From assembly GCA_964505785.1 (NCBI GenBank), contig CAZDJZ010000007.1:35629-99628 (forward strand): 64,000 bases of DNA, read 5' to 3'. Positions within the stretch are counted from its first letter, which is position 1. Each line of letters begins with the position of its first letter. The translations under genes and the position numbers were made by a program. The notes beneath the pieces are model-generated. The model ran no database searches. It was given only the letters and a program-made list of their open reading frames with translations, and had not been told where the DNA came from. This document shows positions 19,790 to 28,642 of the stretch, piece by piece. The DNA is from an uncultured Eubacteriales bacterium. Its GTDB lineage: Bacteria; Acidobacteriota; Aminicenantia; Aminicenantales; Aminicenantaceae.

Positions 19790-19840
19790 CCTGATGTAGA
19801 ATCAAGGTCCTGTGACTATATGAAGAATGGGAAATTAAGA

Positions 19841-20098
19841 ATGGAAAGAAATGAATTGAAAAACAGGCTTCGGTCTTATATCCGCAAAGAAATTATTAAA
19901 AATGAAAATTACCCCCTTAAAGATGATGAACCCATGATCACCGCGGGTTTAATAAATTCCTTCTCTCTGGTTCAAATTGCAGTTTTTATTGAAGATGAAT
20001 TTAAGGTCAAGATTCCAGATACCGACTTAACCGTGGAGAACATGGATACCTTAAATGATATGGCCGCCAGGATTGAGCAGGAAATGGAATCAAAATGA
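19841..20098 (+). CDS. acyl/peptidyl carrier protein (DltC-like)
   Basis: About 85 aa and acidic, with the phosphopantetheine-site context GLINSFSLVQIAVFIEDEF. The ATG at 19841 has a GGGA RBS; the longest ORF starts at 19820. Confidence 0.75.
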   Translation: MERNELKNRLRSYIRKEIIKNENYPLKDDEPMITAGLINSFSLVQIAVFIEDEFKVKIPDTDLTVENMDTLNDMAARIEQEMESK

Positions 20099-21807
20099 CA
20101 TCACCGCGCCTGAATGTTTCTCTGACAGCGGCGCTGTTTCAGCAATTACAGACCTCCCTGGAAAAAACTGCCGTTGTATTCCGGGACACCCGCGGAGAAG
20201 AAATTTTTATTTCCCGCAGGTCTCTTCTCCAAAAAACGAAAAGATATGCTTCCGCTCTCAAAAAGCAGGGTGTCTTACCGGGACAGATGGTGATTATCGC
20301 CCTCCGCCATACACCGGAACTGATTTTTACCCTGCTCGGAACCTGGTTCGCAGGGGCCGTCCCTTCACTGTTTCCATACAAGGATTTTTTATTCAGCGGA
20401 GACGCGTATCATACCCAACTGTCCCAACGGTTAATAAAATCCAAGGCACCCTGGCTTATCACTTTGGATGAATCAGCCGAAACGATACGGAAAATGACCG
20501 GAAAAATTCAATCCTGCATCATCCCGGAAAGCGCATTAAATAAAGAGGATTTCATTCCCGGTTTTTTTAATCCTGAAACAAACCATACCGGAGAAGAAAC
20601 CGCATATGTCCAATATACAAGCGGAACCACCGGTCATAATAAGGGTGTTTTACTTAGCCATCGCGCCGTGACCGGCATGCTGGATATCTTAAAAATAAAA
20701 GTTCACCATTGCAAAAATGATGTGATCGTCAACTGGCTGCCGCTTTATCATGATTTCGGACTATTCGCCGGCTTTTTACTTCCGCTTTACGCAGGTTTGA
20801 CCCTGGTTCTCATTTCTCCTTTTGCCTGGCTTAGGAATCCGGAAATATGGCTTGATGCGATTCACCGTTATAAGGGAACGATCACATATACTCCTAATTC
20901 AGGGCTGGAACATACATTGAAATATTTCCGGCCGGAAATATATCAAGGAATAAAACTCGATTCGATCAAGATACTGGGCATCGGATCCGAACCAATCCTG
21001 CCCGGAAGCGTGGATAAATTTTGTCAATTTTTTAAGCGGCTGGGGCTGGATCCATCCACGCTGCGTCCAGGATACGGTTTGGCGGAAAATACTTTGGGTG
21101 TCTCCCTTGACACCGATCCCGGAGGGCCCCATGTCGATTCGGTAAGAATGATCTGCGCCGGCGGAAAGGAACGGGCCGAGCCGGCTCCCCAGAATGATAG
21201 TAAAGCTCATAAATATGTAAGCTCCGGGTATCCCTTGGAGAACGTCAACCTGAAAATCCTGGACCAAAAAGGGGACGCCCTTCCGGAACGCTGCATAGGC
21301 GAAATCGTCTTTAACAGCCCTTACATGTTCAAAGGTTATCTTGATGGGAAATTATCCTGTTCTTCGCCTCAAGCCGGCGCCAACGGATATTTCAGAACCG
21401 GAGACATGGGTTATATTGCAAATGGAAAATTATATGTCTGCGGCCGCAGCAAGGATTTGATCATCATGGGGGGGGGAAATTTTTTCGCGGAGGATCTTGA
21501 AGCAGCCCTGGATTCCATCTCCGGTGTTTCGCCCCGCAGCAGTGTCATCCTCGGCATTTCCGATCCAAAAAGCGGCACGGAAAACGTGATTGTCCTGGCT
21601 GGAATATATCCGGGCTTAAATAATGATACCCGGCACGAAATCGACAGGTCTATCCGCCGGATTCTCTTCCAATCTTTTGGAATTACCGCTCAAGAAGTTC
21701 ACCTGGTTAAACCCAATTGGATCACAAAAACCCATAACGGCAAGGTATCCCGCGCCGCCGCCCGTTTTAAATACGCACAGTGGAAAAAAGAGGGCCGCTT
21801 AAAATGA
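20095..21807 (+). CDS. fatty acyl-AMP ligase (FAAL-type adenylating enzyme)
   Basis: AMP-binding motifs YTSGTTGHNKG and FRTGDMGY, plus the FAAL-like GRSKDLIIMGGGNFFAEDLE. ATGA overlaps at both ends. Confidence 0.85.
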   Translation: MTSPRLNVSLTAALFQQLQTSLEKTAVVFRDTRGEEIFISRRSLLQKTKRYASALKKQGVLPGQMVIIALRHTPELIFTLLGTWFAGAVPSLFPYKDFLFSGDAYHTQLSQRLIKSKAPWLITLDESAETIRKMTGKIQSCIIPESALNKEDFIPGFFNPETNHTGEETAYVQYTSGTTGHNKGVLLSHRAVTGMLDILKIKVHHCKNDVIVNWLPLYHDFGLFAGFLLPLYAGLTLVLISPFAWLRNPEIWLDAIHRYKGTITYTPNSGLEHTLKYFRPEIYQGIKLDSIKILGIGSEPILPGSVDKFCQFFKRLGLDPSTLRPGYGLAENTLGVSLDTDPGGPHVDSVRMICAGGKERAEPAPQNDSKAHKYVSSGYPLENVNLKILDQKGDALPERCIGEIVFNSPYMFKGYLDGKLSCSSPQAGANGYFRTGDMGYIANGKLYVCGRSKDLIIMGGGNFFAEDLEAALDSISGVSPRSSVILGISDPKSGTENVIVLAGIYPGLNNDTRHEIDRSIRRILFQSFGITAQEVHLVKPNWITKTHNGKVSRAAARFKYAQWKKEGRLK

Positions 21808-23102
21808 AAATTGCGCTGATTCAACCCAAATTTACTTTCCCCGGATTATGCTGCAGCCCCATAATCACCTCCGCTCTGTCGGATATCCATACGTATTTCC
21901 TGCGCTGGAATACCCCTAACCTCGGATTATTAACGATAGCCGCATATATTCCGGAAGACTGGGATATAAGCTATATTCATAAAGAGGCCAAGGAAATTGA
22001 CTGCTTCGAAGATTTTGACCTGGTCGCCCTCAGCTGCATGACCCGCGAAGCGGAAACTGTATATGAAATTTCCAGCCGTTTCCGCAAAAAGGGAATATAT
22101 ACTGTCGTCGGGGGCATCCACGCTTCTGTTTTCCCCGAGGAAGCCCACCGCTATGCAGATACGGTTTTCGTCGGCGAAGCTGAAGAAACATTCCCGCGTT
22201 TCCTGCAGGACTTCCGGGCCGGACAGGCCGCTGAAATCTATCAATCCCCGGACCCGGTTGACCTGACCTTGTCTCCCAAGCCCCGTTTCAGCATCCTGCC
22301 TCACCGGTATCCCGGCTACCCTATTCAAACAACACGCGGATGTCCGCATGGATGTGAATTCTGCGCCGCCAGTCTTTACGGCCGAAAATACAGGTATAAA
22401 GAAATTGATCAAATCATCGATGAAATTTCTTATTTAAAATCATTGGTGTCCAATCCTTTTATTGTATTTTCCGATGACAACTTATTTGTAAATAAACCCC
22501 GTTCCCTAAAGCTCCTTGAAAAATTAATTCCATTAAAGGTCGAATGGCAGGCTATTACAGATGTCTCCACAGCGGATGATCCAGAATTGCTCCGCCTGCT
22601 TTACAGGGCGGGCTGCCGGGAAATCTTTTTAGGCCTTGAGAGCCTGAATCCTGATCACATCCGCAATATAGATCCCAATGGTTGGAAGTCGAGGAGGGTT
22701 AAGCATTACCAGGCCTGCATTCAAAAAATAAAACACGAGGGCATCCGGGTATTGGGGGCCTTCATCCTCGGTTTTGATGATCAAACTCCGGAAGATTTCC
22801 AGGCCGTCAAGCAGTTTGTTCTGGATAATCACATCATGCCTCAATATTCAATTCTAACACCAGTCCCCGGATCAAAACTTTATTCCAAGTATAAAAAAGC
22901 GGGACGCCTTCTGAAAGACAAATCCTGGAGGTATTATAATTTCCTGGATTGCGTCTTTAAGCATCCTATTATGACGGCCGAGGAATTGGAAACAGCGATA
23001 GCGGACCTTTATAAATCCACCTTTACAAGAGAGCATATGTCTCTGATTATAAAAGACATGATCCAGGCGAAAAAACGCAACCGCATGCGGAAATTATCAT
23101 GA
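21804..23102 (+). CDS. B12-binding-domain radical SAM protein
   Basis: The N-terminal MKIALIQPKF...DLVALSCMT...VVGGIHAS region is a cobalamin-binding-like Rossmann segment. Radical SAM cluster motif TTRGCPHGCEFCAAS. Start at 21804 gives an ATGA overlap with the FAAL stop. Confidence 0.85.
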   Translation: MKIALIQPKFTFPGLCCSPIITSALSDIHTYFLRWNTPNLGLLTIAAYIPEDWDISYIHKEAKEIDCFEDFDLVALSCMTREAETVYEISSRFRKKGIYTVVGGIHASVFPEEAHRYADTVFVGEAEETFPRFLQDFRAGQAAEIYQSPDPVDLTLSPKPRFSILPHRYPGYPIQTTRGCPHGCEFCAASLYGRKYRYKEIDQIIDEISYLKSLVSNPFIVFSDDNLFVNKPRSLKLLEKLIPLKVEWQAITDVSTADDPELLRLLYRAGCREIFLGLESLNPDHIRNIDPNGWKSRRVKHYQACIQKIKHEGIRVLGAFILGFDDQTPEDFQAVKQFVLDNHIMPQYSILTPVPGSKLYSKYKKAGRLLKDKSWRYYNFLDCVFKHPIMTAEELETAIADLYKSTFTREHMSLIIKDMIQAKKRNRMRKLS

Positions 23103-24362
23103 ATGAACCGGATCTCCCGTATAATGCGGAACCACGGAAATGCCATAGGGCATAACCCAAACCAAGGCGCCGGGGCCCTTAATTTCCATTGCCTGGTCCA
23201 GGGCGGACTGGACTGAGCAGAACTGGGGGAAGAAAAGCTTATTGCGAATTTGATTCGGCAATTCTGAAACAAGATAAATGGGCGTCCGCAAGTGAATAGC
23301 GGCCATACGGGAAGCAATATGGCGGCCCTGCACAAAATGAGACTCTAATTCAGCCGCCAGGTCTTCCGGACGAGGATTGTCCTCAAACACACCGGCAAAA
23401 ACCGGCACCCCAAGCCCTTCCTTACATTCTCCTGCCGCAATCATAATGCCGTCTTTTTTAAGGGCGGGCAAAGCATGTTCCATGGCTTTATGGGTTTGAT
23501 AAAGATCACAGTCTTTGGGGTCGCCTCCCGGGGTAACGACCACAATATCCGCCCGGTGGTCTATCTTGAGTCGCGCAGTCCGGTCTAGAAACCGGGCCCC
23601 TTCCCGGTGAGCAGCCCGGACATCGCCGGCCACAATCCGCAAGAGTTCTTTCTTTCCGTTTAATACCGCATTAACGATAAAATCCACACCAGCCATGTCC
23701 GCGATTTCCTCCAGCTCGCTGCGCAAGGGATTTCCTTCCAGATTTCCCGGCCTGCACCCGGAGCTGGTGAAGCGGCTGTGATTGGCCGATGCCGTCTCAC
23801 GGCTGCATAACCCCGGAGCCACAGCCTTGGCTCCGCCGCTGTACCCGGCAAAATAATGAAATTCAATATTCCCGGTGGCAATGATAAAATCCGCCTTCAT
23901 GGCTTCCCGGAATATCTCCGCCCGGGTGCCGAGAGAGGTGGTGCCGGCATAAATACAATCCCCGGGATTGTGTTCGATGCAGCGGTAATTCCTGTAAATT
24001 TCTTCGCCGATCAAATGGATTTTCTCCTCTTCCGTCTGCGGCCGGTGGATACCCAGAGCAAACACAATAGTTATATCGCCGGATGATACGCCTCCTATAT
24101 GCAGCTCCTCCAGAATCGGGGGAAGCAGAACGTGACTTGGAGACGGCCGGGTAATATCGCTGACAACAATTAAAATTGTCTTATTCGGCCTGACGCGGTC
24201 CCGCAAACAGGAGCTGGAAATGGGATCCGCCAGCGCTCGGCGGACTTCGGCTTCCGGATCCGGGATCGGGGGAACTTTTTCCGGCTGCAGCAAACCTAAA
24301 TAATTTTTATCCGGAAGCCTGAGCGTTATCGTTTTTTTTCCGTAAGGCAATTTAATTTTCAT
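23097..24362 (-). CDS. LarA-like (DUF2088) nickel-pincer-dependent 2-hydroxyacid racemase/epimerase family protein
   Basis: N-terminus MKIKLPYGKKTITLRLPDKNYLGLLQP and overall 421-aa architecture typical of the lactate racemase N-terminal domain family. Substrate unknown. Confidence 0.65.
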   Translation of the reverse strand: MKIKLPYGKKTITLRLPDKNYLGLLQPEKVPPIPDPEAEVRRALADPISSSCLRDRVRPNKTILIVVSDITRPSPSHVLLPPILEELHIGGVSSGDITIVFALGIHRPQTEEEKIHLIGEEIYRNYRCIEHNPGDCIYAGTTSLGTRAEIFREAMKADFIIATGNIEFHYFAGYSGGAKAVAPGLCSRETASANHSRFTSSGCRPGNLEGNPLRSELEEIADMAGVDFIVNAVLNGKKELLRIVAGDVRAAHREGARFLDRTARLKIDHRADIVVVTPGGDPKDCDLYQTHKAMEHALPALKKDGIMIAAGECKEGLGVPVFAGVFEDNPRPEDLAAELESHFVQGRHIASRMAAIHLRTPIYLVSELPNQIRNKLFFPQFCSVQSALDQAMEIKGPGALVWVMPYGISVVPHYTGDPVHS

Positions 24363-24370
24363 TTTTTTGA

Positions 24371-24480
24371 CCTGGATTATCCAGCCTGGCTTATTTCATA
24401 GCCTTAACTATTCATCAAAAAATTGTGATATTTTTGCAATCTTTTTGTTATCATCGATAAACATGCTTTTAGAAAAGGAT
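24371..24480. repeat. A-type element, degenerate half copy (AT-rich arm)
   Basis: cctggattatcc...ttcatcaaaaaattgtgatatttttgcaatctttttgttatcatcgataaacatgcttttagaaaagga is colinear with 47451-47530. Confidence 0.5.
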
Positions 24481-24492
24481 AGGTATAATAAG
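24481..24492 (+). promoter_or_regulatory. AGGTATAATAAG motif (candidate -10) upstream of the alkaline phosphatase gene
   Basis: Exact copy of the 17362 motif, located about 90 nt upstream of the 24584 start in the same orientation. Confidence 0.3.
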
Positions 24493-24583
24493 CTCGATAA
24501 ATAAAATAACATCATGAACAGTAAAAATTAATTTAGTCTTAACATATTTTCATTATACAATACATACTTATTTAAAATTCCAA

Positions 24584-26131
24584 ATGGAGTTATTCATGGA
24601 AACACACGCAAGCAAACTTATATGGGCAAAGATCATCATTCTTTCTGTTATTTTGGCGTTATTCCTTTCAGGATGCGGACCGCTGCAGGAGGACCGGCCG
24701 GCAGCGCCAAAATATATTTTCTTATTCATCGGGGATGGTATGGGCCGGTCCCAAATCACGGCGGCCGAAATTTACACTTACGCCTTGAAACACCGGGATA
24801 CCGGATTTGAAAGTCTAAGCTTCAGTGATTTCCCCAGTCTCGGTGAGATAACCACATTTTCTTCTAATTCCTACTTCACGGATTCTGCCGCATCCGGCAC
24901 CGCCTTGGCATCCGGTTATAAAACCAAAAATGGAAAAATCAATATCAATGAAGACGGAACACTTTCCTTTGTCACTCTGGCTGAATCCGCACAAGCAGCG
25001 GGACGAAAGATCGGTATTCTTTCCAGTGTTCCCTTGGATCACGCCACTCCCGCCGGTTTTTACGCCCGGGTTCCTTACCGCTGGCACTACTATGATATAT
25101 CTATTCAAATGGCGGAATGCGGATTTGATTTTTTCGGCGGCGGCGGGCTGAATTATCCCACTGGAAGGCTGGGGCAGCAAAAAGATGCCCGGGAATATGC
25201 CCGGGAGCGAGGATATACCATCACGAATACCAACGAGGATTTCGAAAACTTGAAACCCGGAGCCGGAAAAACCTGGGCCATCAGCCAAATCCTAACCCGG
25301 AAAAACGCCCTGCCTTATGAAATCGACCGCCCTTTAGAATGTCTCACCCTCGCAGATTTCACCAGGAAAGCGATTTCCCTCCTCGAAAATGAAAACGGGT
25401 TTTTTATAATGGCTGAAGGGGGAAAAATCGATTGGGCCTGTCACGATAATGACGCAGCTTCAACCATTCATGAAGTGCTGGCCTTTGCTGACGCCGTGCA
25501 GGAAGCAGTTGATTTTTATCACCGGCACCCAGACGAGACTTTGATTGTGGTCACGGCCGATCATGAAACGGGGGGAATGATGCTCGGATCGGAAAAAGCA
25601 GGGGGAAATTTACATCTGAATATCCTGTCCCATCAAAACATGTCCCTGGATCAATTCAACAAACAGGTCATCAAGCCCTATCTGGCTCTGACCGATGAGG
25701 AAAACCGCAACCTGGAAGATCTCTATCCTGAAATCCAAGAAAAATTTGGATTGATAAAACTCGATAATGCAGCCCGCAAAGCCTTAAAGAAGAAGGCCCT
25801 CGATGGAAACCGGAGGGCAGAGGAAAAAATACGGCTGGCTTTATCCCCAATGGAATGGAAAGAAATGGAAGAAGCCCTGGCGGATCCGCGCACATCCACA
25901 CTGGGGTTTTCTATTGTCAGAATATTGAATGAAAAGGCCGGCATTTCCTGGGGGTCCTATAACCATTCCGGATCCCGGGTGCCGGTTTTTGCGCTTGGAG
26001 CCGGAGCGGATCAATTTGAAGGATCCTATGATAATACCGGCATTGCCAAAAAATTATTCCATATATTAGATCTGCCATGGCCGCAGCCGGTTGAAACACC
26101 CCAGGATTCGGCGGCAATCAATCCCCATTAA
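24584..26131 (+). CDS. alkaline phosphatase (PhoA family), lipoprotein
   Basis: FIGDGMG metal-site motif, nucleophile motif TDSAASGTALASGYKT, ADHETGG, and lipobox LSGC. Confidence 0.85.
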   Translation: MELFMETHASKLIWAKIIILSVILALFLSGCGPLQEDRPAAPKYIFLFIGDGMGRSQITAAEIYTYALKHRDTGFESLSFSDFPSLGEITTFSSNSYFTDSAASGTALASGYKTKNGKININEDGTLSFVTLAESAQAAGRKIGILSSVPLDHATPAGFYARVPYRWHYYDISIQMAECGFDFFGGGGLNYPTGRLGQQKDAREYARERGYTITNTNEDFENLKPGAGKTWAISQILTRKNALPYEIDRPLECLTLADFTRKAISLLENENGFFIMAEGGKIDWACHDNDAASTIHEVLAFADAVQEAVDFYHRHPDETLIVVTADHETGGMMLGSEKAGGNLHLNILSHQNMSLDQFNKQVIKPYLALTDEENRNLEDLYPEIQEKFGLIKLDNAARKALKKKALDGNRRAEEKIRLALSPMEWKEMEEALADPRTSTLGFSIVRILNEKAGISWGSYNHSGSRVPVFALGAGADQFEGSYDNTGIAKKLFHILDLPWPQPVETPQDSAAINPH

Positions 26132-26213
26132 CATATCCACATAGACAAGAACCGCATTTATGAGTATACTCTGAAACTAATTCAAAAATCCTGTTTGCCG
26201 CATGGAGTGAAAC

Positions 26214-26366
26214 ATGGATGCTGTTCTGGGAATAATTTTTCTTTTTGTGTCTCTGGCCCTGCTTATATCCATCACTGTCTGGAGCCGAAGAATTATTAAA
26301 TTCATCCATGAAAACGATCTCAAATCTGCAAGGGAAATTTTAAAGGCCTGGTATGAAAGAAAATAG
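26214..26366 (+). CDS. candidate 50-aa single-pass membrane peptide overlapping the permease start
   Basis: My own translation gives MDAVLGIIFLFVSLALLISITVWSRRIIKFIHENDLKSAREILKAWYERK. That is one TM helix plus a basic tail. It ends 14 nt into the downstream permease ORF. It falls below the ORF-track length cutoff. Confidence 0.35.
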   Translation: MDAVLGIIFLFVSLALLISITVWSRRIIKFIHENDLKSAREILKAWYERK

Positions 26367-28623
26367 CAGCCATTCAATTATCTCAACAGAACTGTCCCGA
26401 GACTTGAAGCTCTTCCATATCACGATGATGGGGCTGGGAATGATGATCGGTGCCGGCGTTTTCCTGGGAATAGGCAACGCTGTCGGCGTAGCCGGCCCCG
26501 GCGGAGTCCTCCTTACTTTTGCATTCAACGGGGTTATTGCGATTTTCACAGCCCTTTCTTATGCAGAGCTGAGTTCAGCTGTTCCTAATGCCGGCGGCGC
26601 TTATAATTTTGCCAGACTGGCATTTGGGCGTGCCACAAGTTTTTCCGGCGGCTGGATGGAATGGTTTGCTTCCAGTGTCGCCGGCAGTCTCTACGCCGTC
26701 ACCTTTGCGATTTATACCGTTCGCTACCTTGAAGGTTTGGGTTTTATCGATTGGGTCCCTTTTTCGATCTATGCGACAGAAAAAATCATGGCGTTTTTAA
26801 TCGCTGTTTTTTTCCTCTTCATCAATTACAGAGGAGCCGCGGAAACCGGTAAGATCGGGGCTCTTTTCACTTTGGGACAGACACTTTTTCTGTTATTTAT
26901 CGGCGTTATCGGAATCGTCGTCGTAGCCGCCGACCCTTCCCGCCTGGAAAATTTCACTCCCTTTCTCCCCTTAGGGTGGGACAAACTGCTGGTAACTATG
27001 GGATTTACTTATGTAGCGTTCGAAGGATATGAAGTTATCGCCCAAGCCGGGGATGAGACTATCAATCCTAAAAGGAATCTTCCCAAAGCCATGATATATT
27101 CCGTCACTCTGGTGACAATTACTTATGTAGCCGTAGCTTTTGCTTCCATCATAGCTGTCAAGGCCGGCTCCCCGGGAGTGGAAGGTGCCCCCTGGCAATG
27201 GATCGGGAGTTTTCAAGAAAGGGGCTTCGGAGAAGCTGTTTCCCGGCTGCTGCCCATGGGTAATTTTTTGCTAACCCTGGCGGTCATATTTGCTTCCGTT
27301 TCCGCCCTCAATGCCACTATTTTTTCCGCCACCCGTGCCTCTTATGCACTCGGCCGGGACCGGATGCTGCCTGCATTTTTCGCCCGCATTTCAAAAAAAC
27401 AAAAAACACCTTGGGTTGCATTGGTATTCACCGGCTGCATTGTGATTTGTGTGGCGGTCCTCCTGCCCACCAAAGACGTCGCCTCAAGTGCGAGCATCAT
27501 GTTTCTCTTTCTCTTTTTTCTGGTTAACCTCAGTGTTATCCGTATTCGGCTGAATATGGGGGATGAACTCAATTACGGCTTCATTATGCCCTTTTTTCCC
27601 TGGCCGCCCATTATCGCCGTCATTTTACAGGGTATTCTCGCCGTTTGGCTGGTCCATATGAGCATGATCGCCTGGATCATTGCTCCTCTGTGGATTTTAA
27701 GCGGAATGGCTATCTATGCTTTATATTCCCGTTCACATGCGGTTTCCACCCCGGATGAGATTCGGGTGATTGAAGAAGAAAAGGCACCGCCTTCAGACCA
27801 GTATCAAATCATGGTCTCTGTCGCCAATCCGGACAATGCGCTTTCCATGGTGAAAACCACCTATGTGCTGGGGGAAGCCAAAAACGCCCAAATCAATTTA
27901 CTGCATATGGTTCCGGTTCCTGAGGAAGTACCGCTCTCCGACGCTGAAAAATTTATGATGGAGGGCAAGGAAGCCATTGTCGAAGCCATGTTGTCTCTCA
28001 TTCTGAAATTTCCCATCACCACTACCATCCGGTATTGCCGGAACATCGCCCGCGGAATATTAAGTGCGCTCAAAGAAAAGAAGGTCAATCTGCTGATTAT
28101 GGGATGGCATGGAAAACCCCGCAGTTCCGCCTTCAGGCTGGGCCGCACAATCGATTATATTATGGAACGTGCTCATTCCAATGTCCTGATTCTCAAGGGC
28201 TGCAGCTATAAGGCATATAAAAGGATTTTAGTACCTGTCGCCGGAGGTCCCAACAGCGCTTTTGCTCTGGAAGTCGCAAGTATTCTAGCCGAAAGAGACA
28301 ACAGCTCCGTTACCGCTCTAATGGTTAATGCCGATAAAAAAGATGGTGGCCTTCATAATCTTCCCGAACTGCATAAAAATCATCGTCAGATCAATTTCAA
28401 CCAGATAAAATCCAAGCACATAGAAGCACCGGAAGTCAGCCAGGCCATCCTTAATGAATCCGAAGATTATGATCTAGTTGTAATCGGGGCCACTCAAGAT
28501 CCGCTGCTTCGTCAGGTCACCAAAGAGTCTATTTCGCATACCATCGCAAAAAAATGCCGTAAACCTTTGATTATGGCTAAAGCTCCGACAAGAATTCGTT
28601 CCTGGATCAGCCGCTGGATTTAA
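26353..28623 (+). CDS. APC-superfamily amino-acid permease fused to tandem C-terminal universal stress protein (USP) domains
   Basis: About 12 TM segments with GAGVFLGIGNAVG and FEGYEVIAQAGDE. The C-terminal roughly 270 aa contains two USP-like repeats (ILVPVAGGPNS...DLVVIGA). Confidence 0.85.
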   Translation: MKENSSHSIISTELSRDLKLFHITMMGLGMMIGAGVFLGIGNAVGVAGPGGVLLTFAFNGVIAIFTALSYAELSSAVPNAGGAYNFARLAFGRATSFSGGWMEWFASSVAGSLYAVTFAIYTVRYLEGLGFIDWVPFSIYATEKIMAFLIAVFFLFINYRGAAETGKIGALFTLGQTLFLLFIGVIGIVVVAADPSRLENFTPFLPLGWDKLLVTMGFTYVAFEGYEVIAQAGDETINPKRNLPKAMIYSVTLVTITYVAVAFASIIAVKAGSPGVEGAPWQWIGSFQERGFGEAVSRLLPMGNFLLTLAVIFASVSALNATIFSATRASYALGRDRMLPAFFARISKKQKTPWVALVFTGCIVICVAVLLPTKDVASSASIMFLFLFFLVNLSVIRIRLNMGDELNYGFIMPFFPWPPIIAVILQGILAVWLVHMSMIAWIIAPLWILSGMAIYALYSRSHAVSTPDEIRVIEEEKAPPSDQYQIMVSVANPDNALSMVKTTYVLGEAKNAQINLLHMVPVPEEVPLSDAEKFMMEGKEAIVEAMLSLILKFPITTTIRYCRNIARGILSALKEKKVNLLIMGWHGKPRSSAFRLGRTIDYIMERAHSNVLILKGCSYKAYKRILVPVAGGPNSAFALEVASILAERDNSSVTALMVNADKKDGGLHNLPELHKNHRQINFNQIKSKHIEAPEVSQAILNESEDYDLVVIGATQDPLLRQVTKESISHTIAKKCRKPLIMAKAPTRIRSWISRWI

Positions 28624-28642
28624 ACGAGCTGGATAAATCAAC

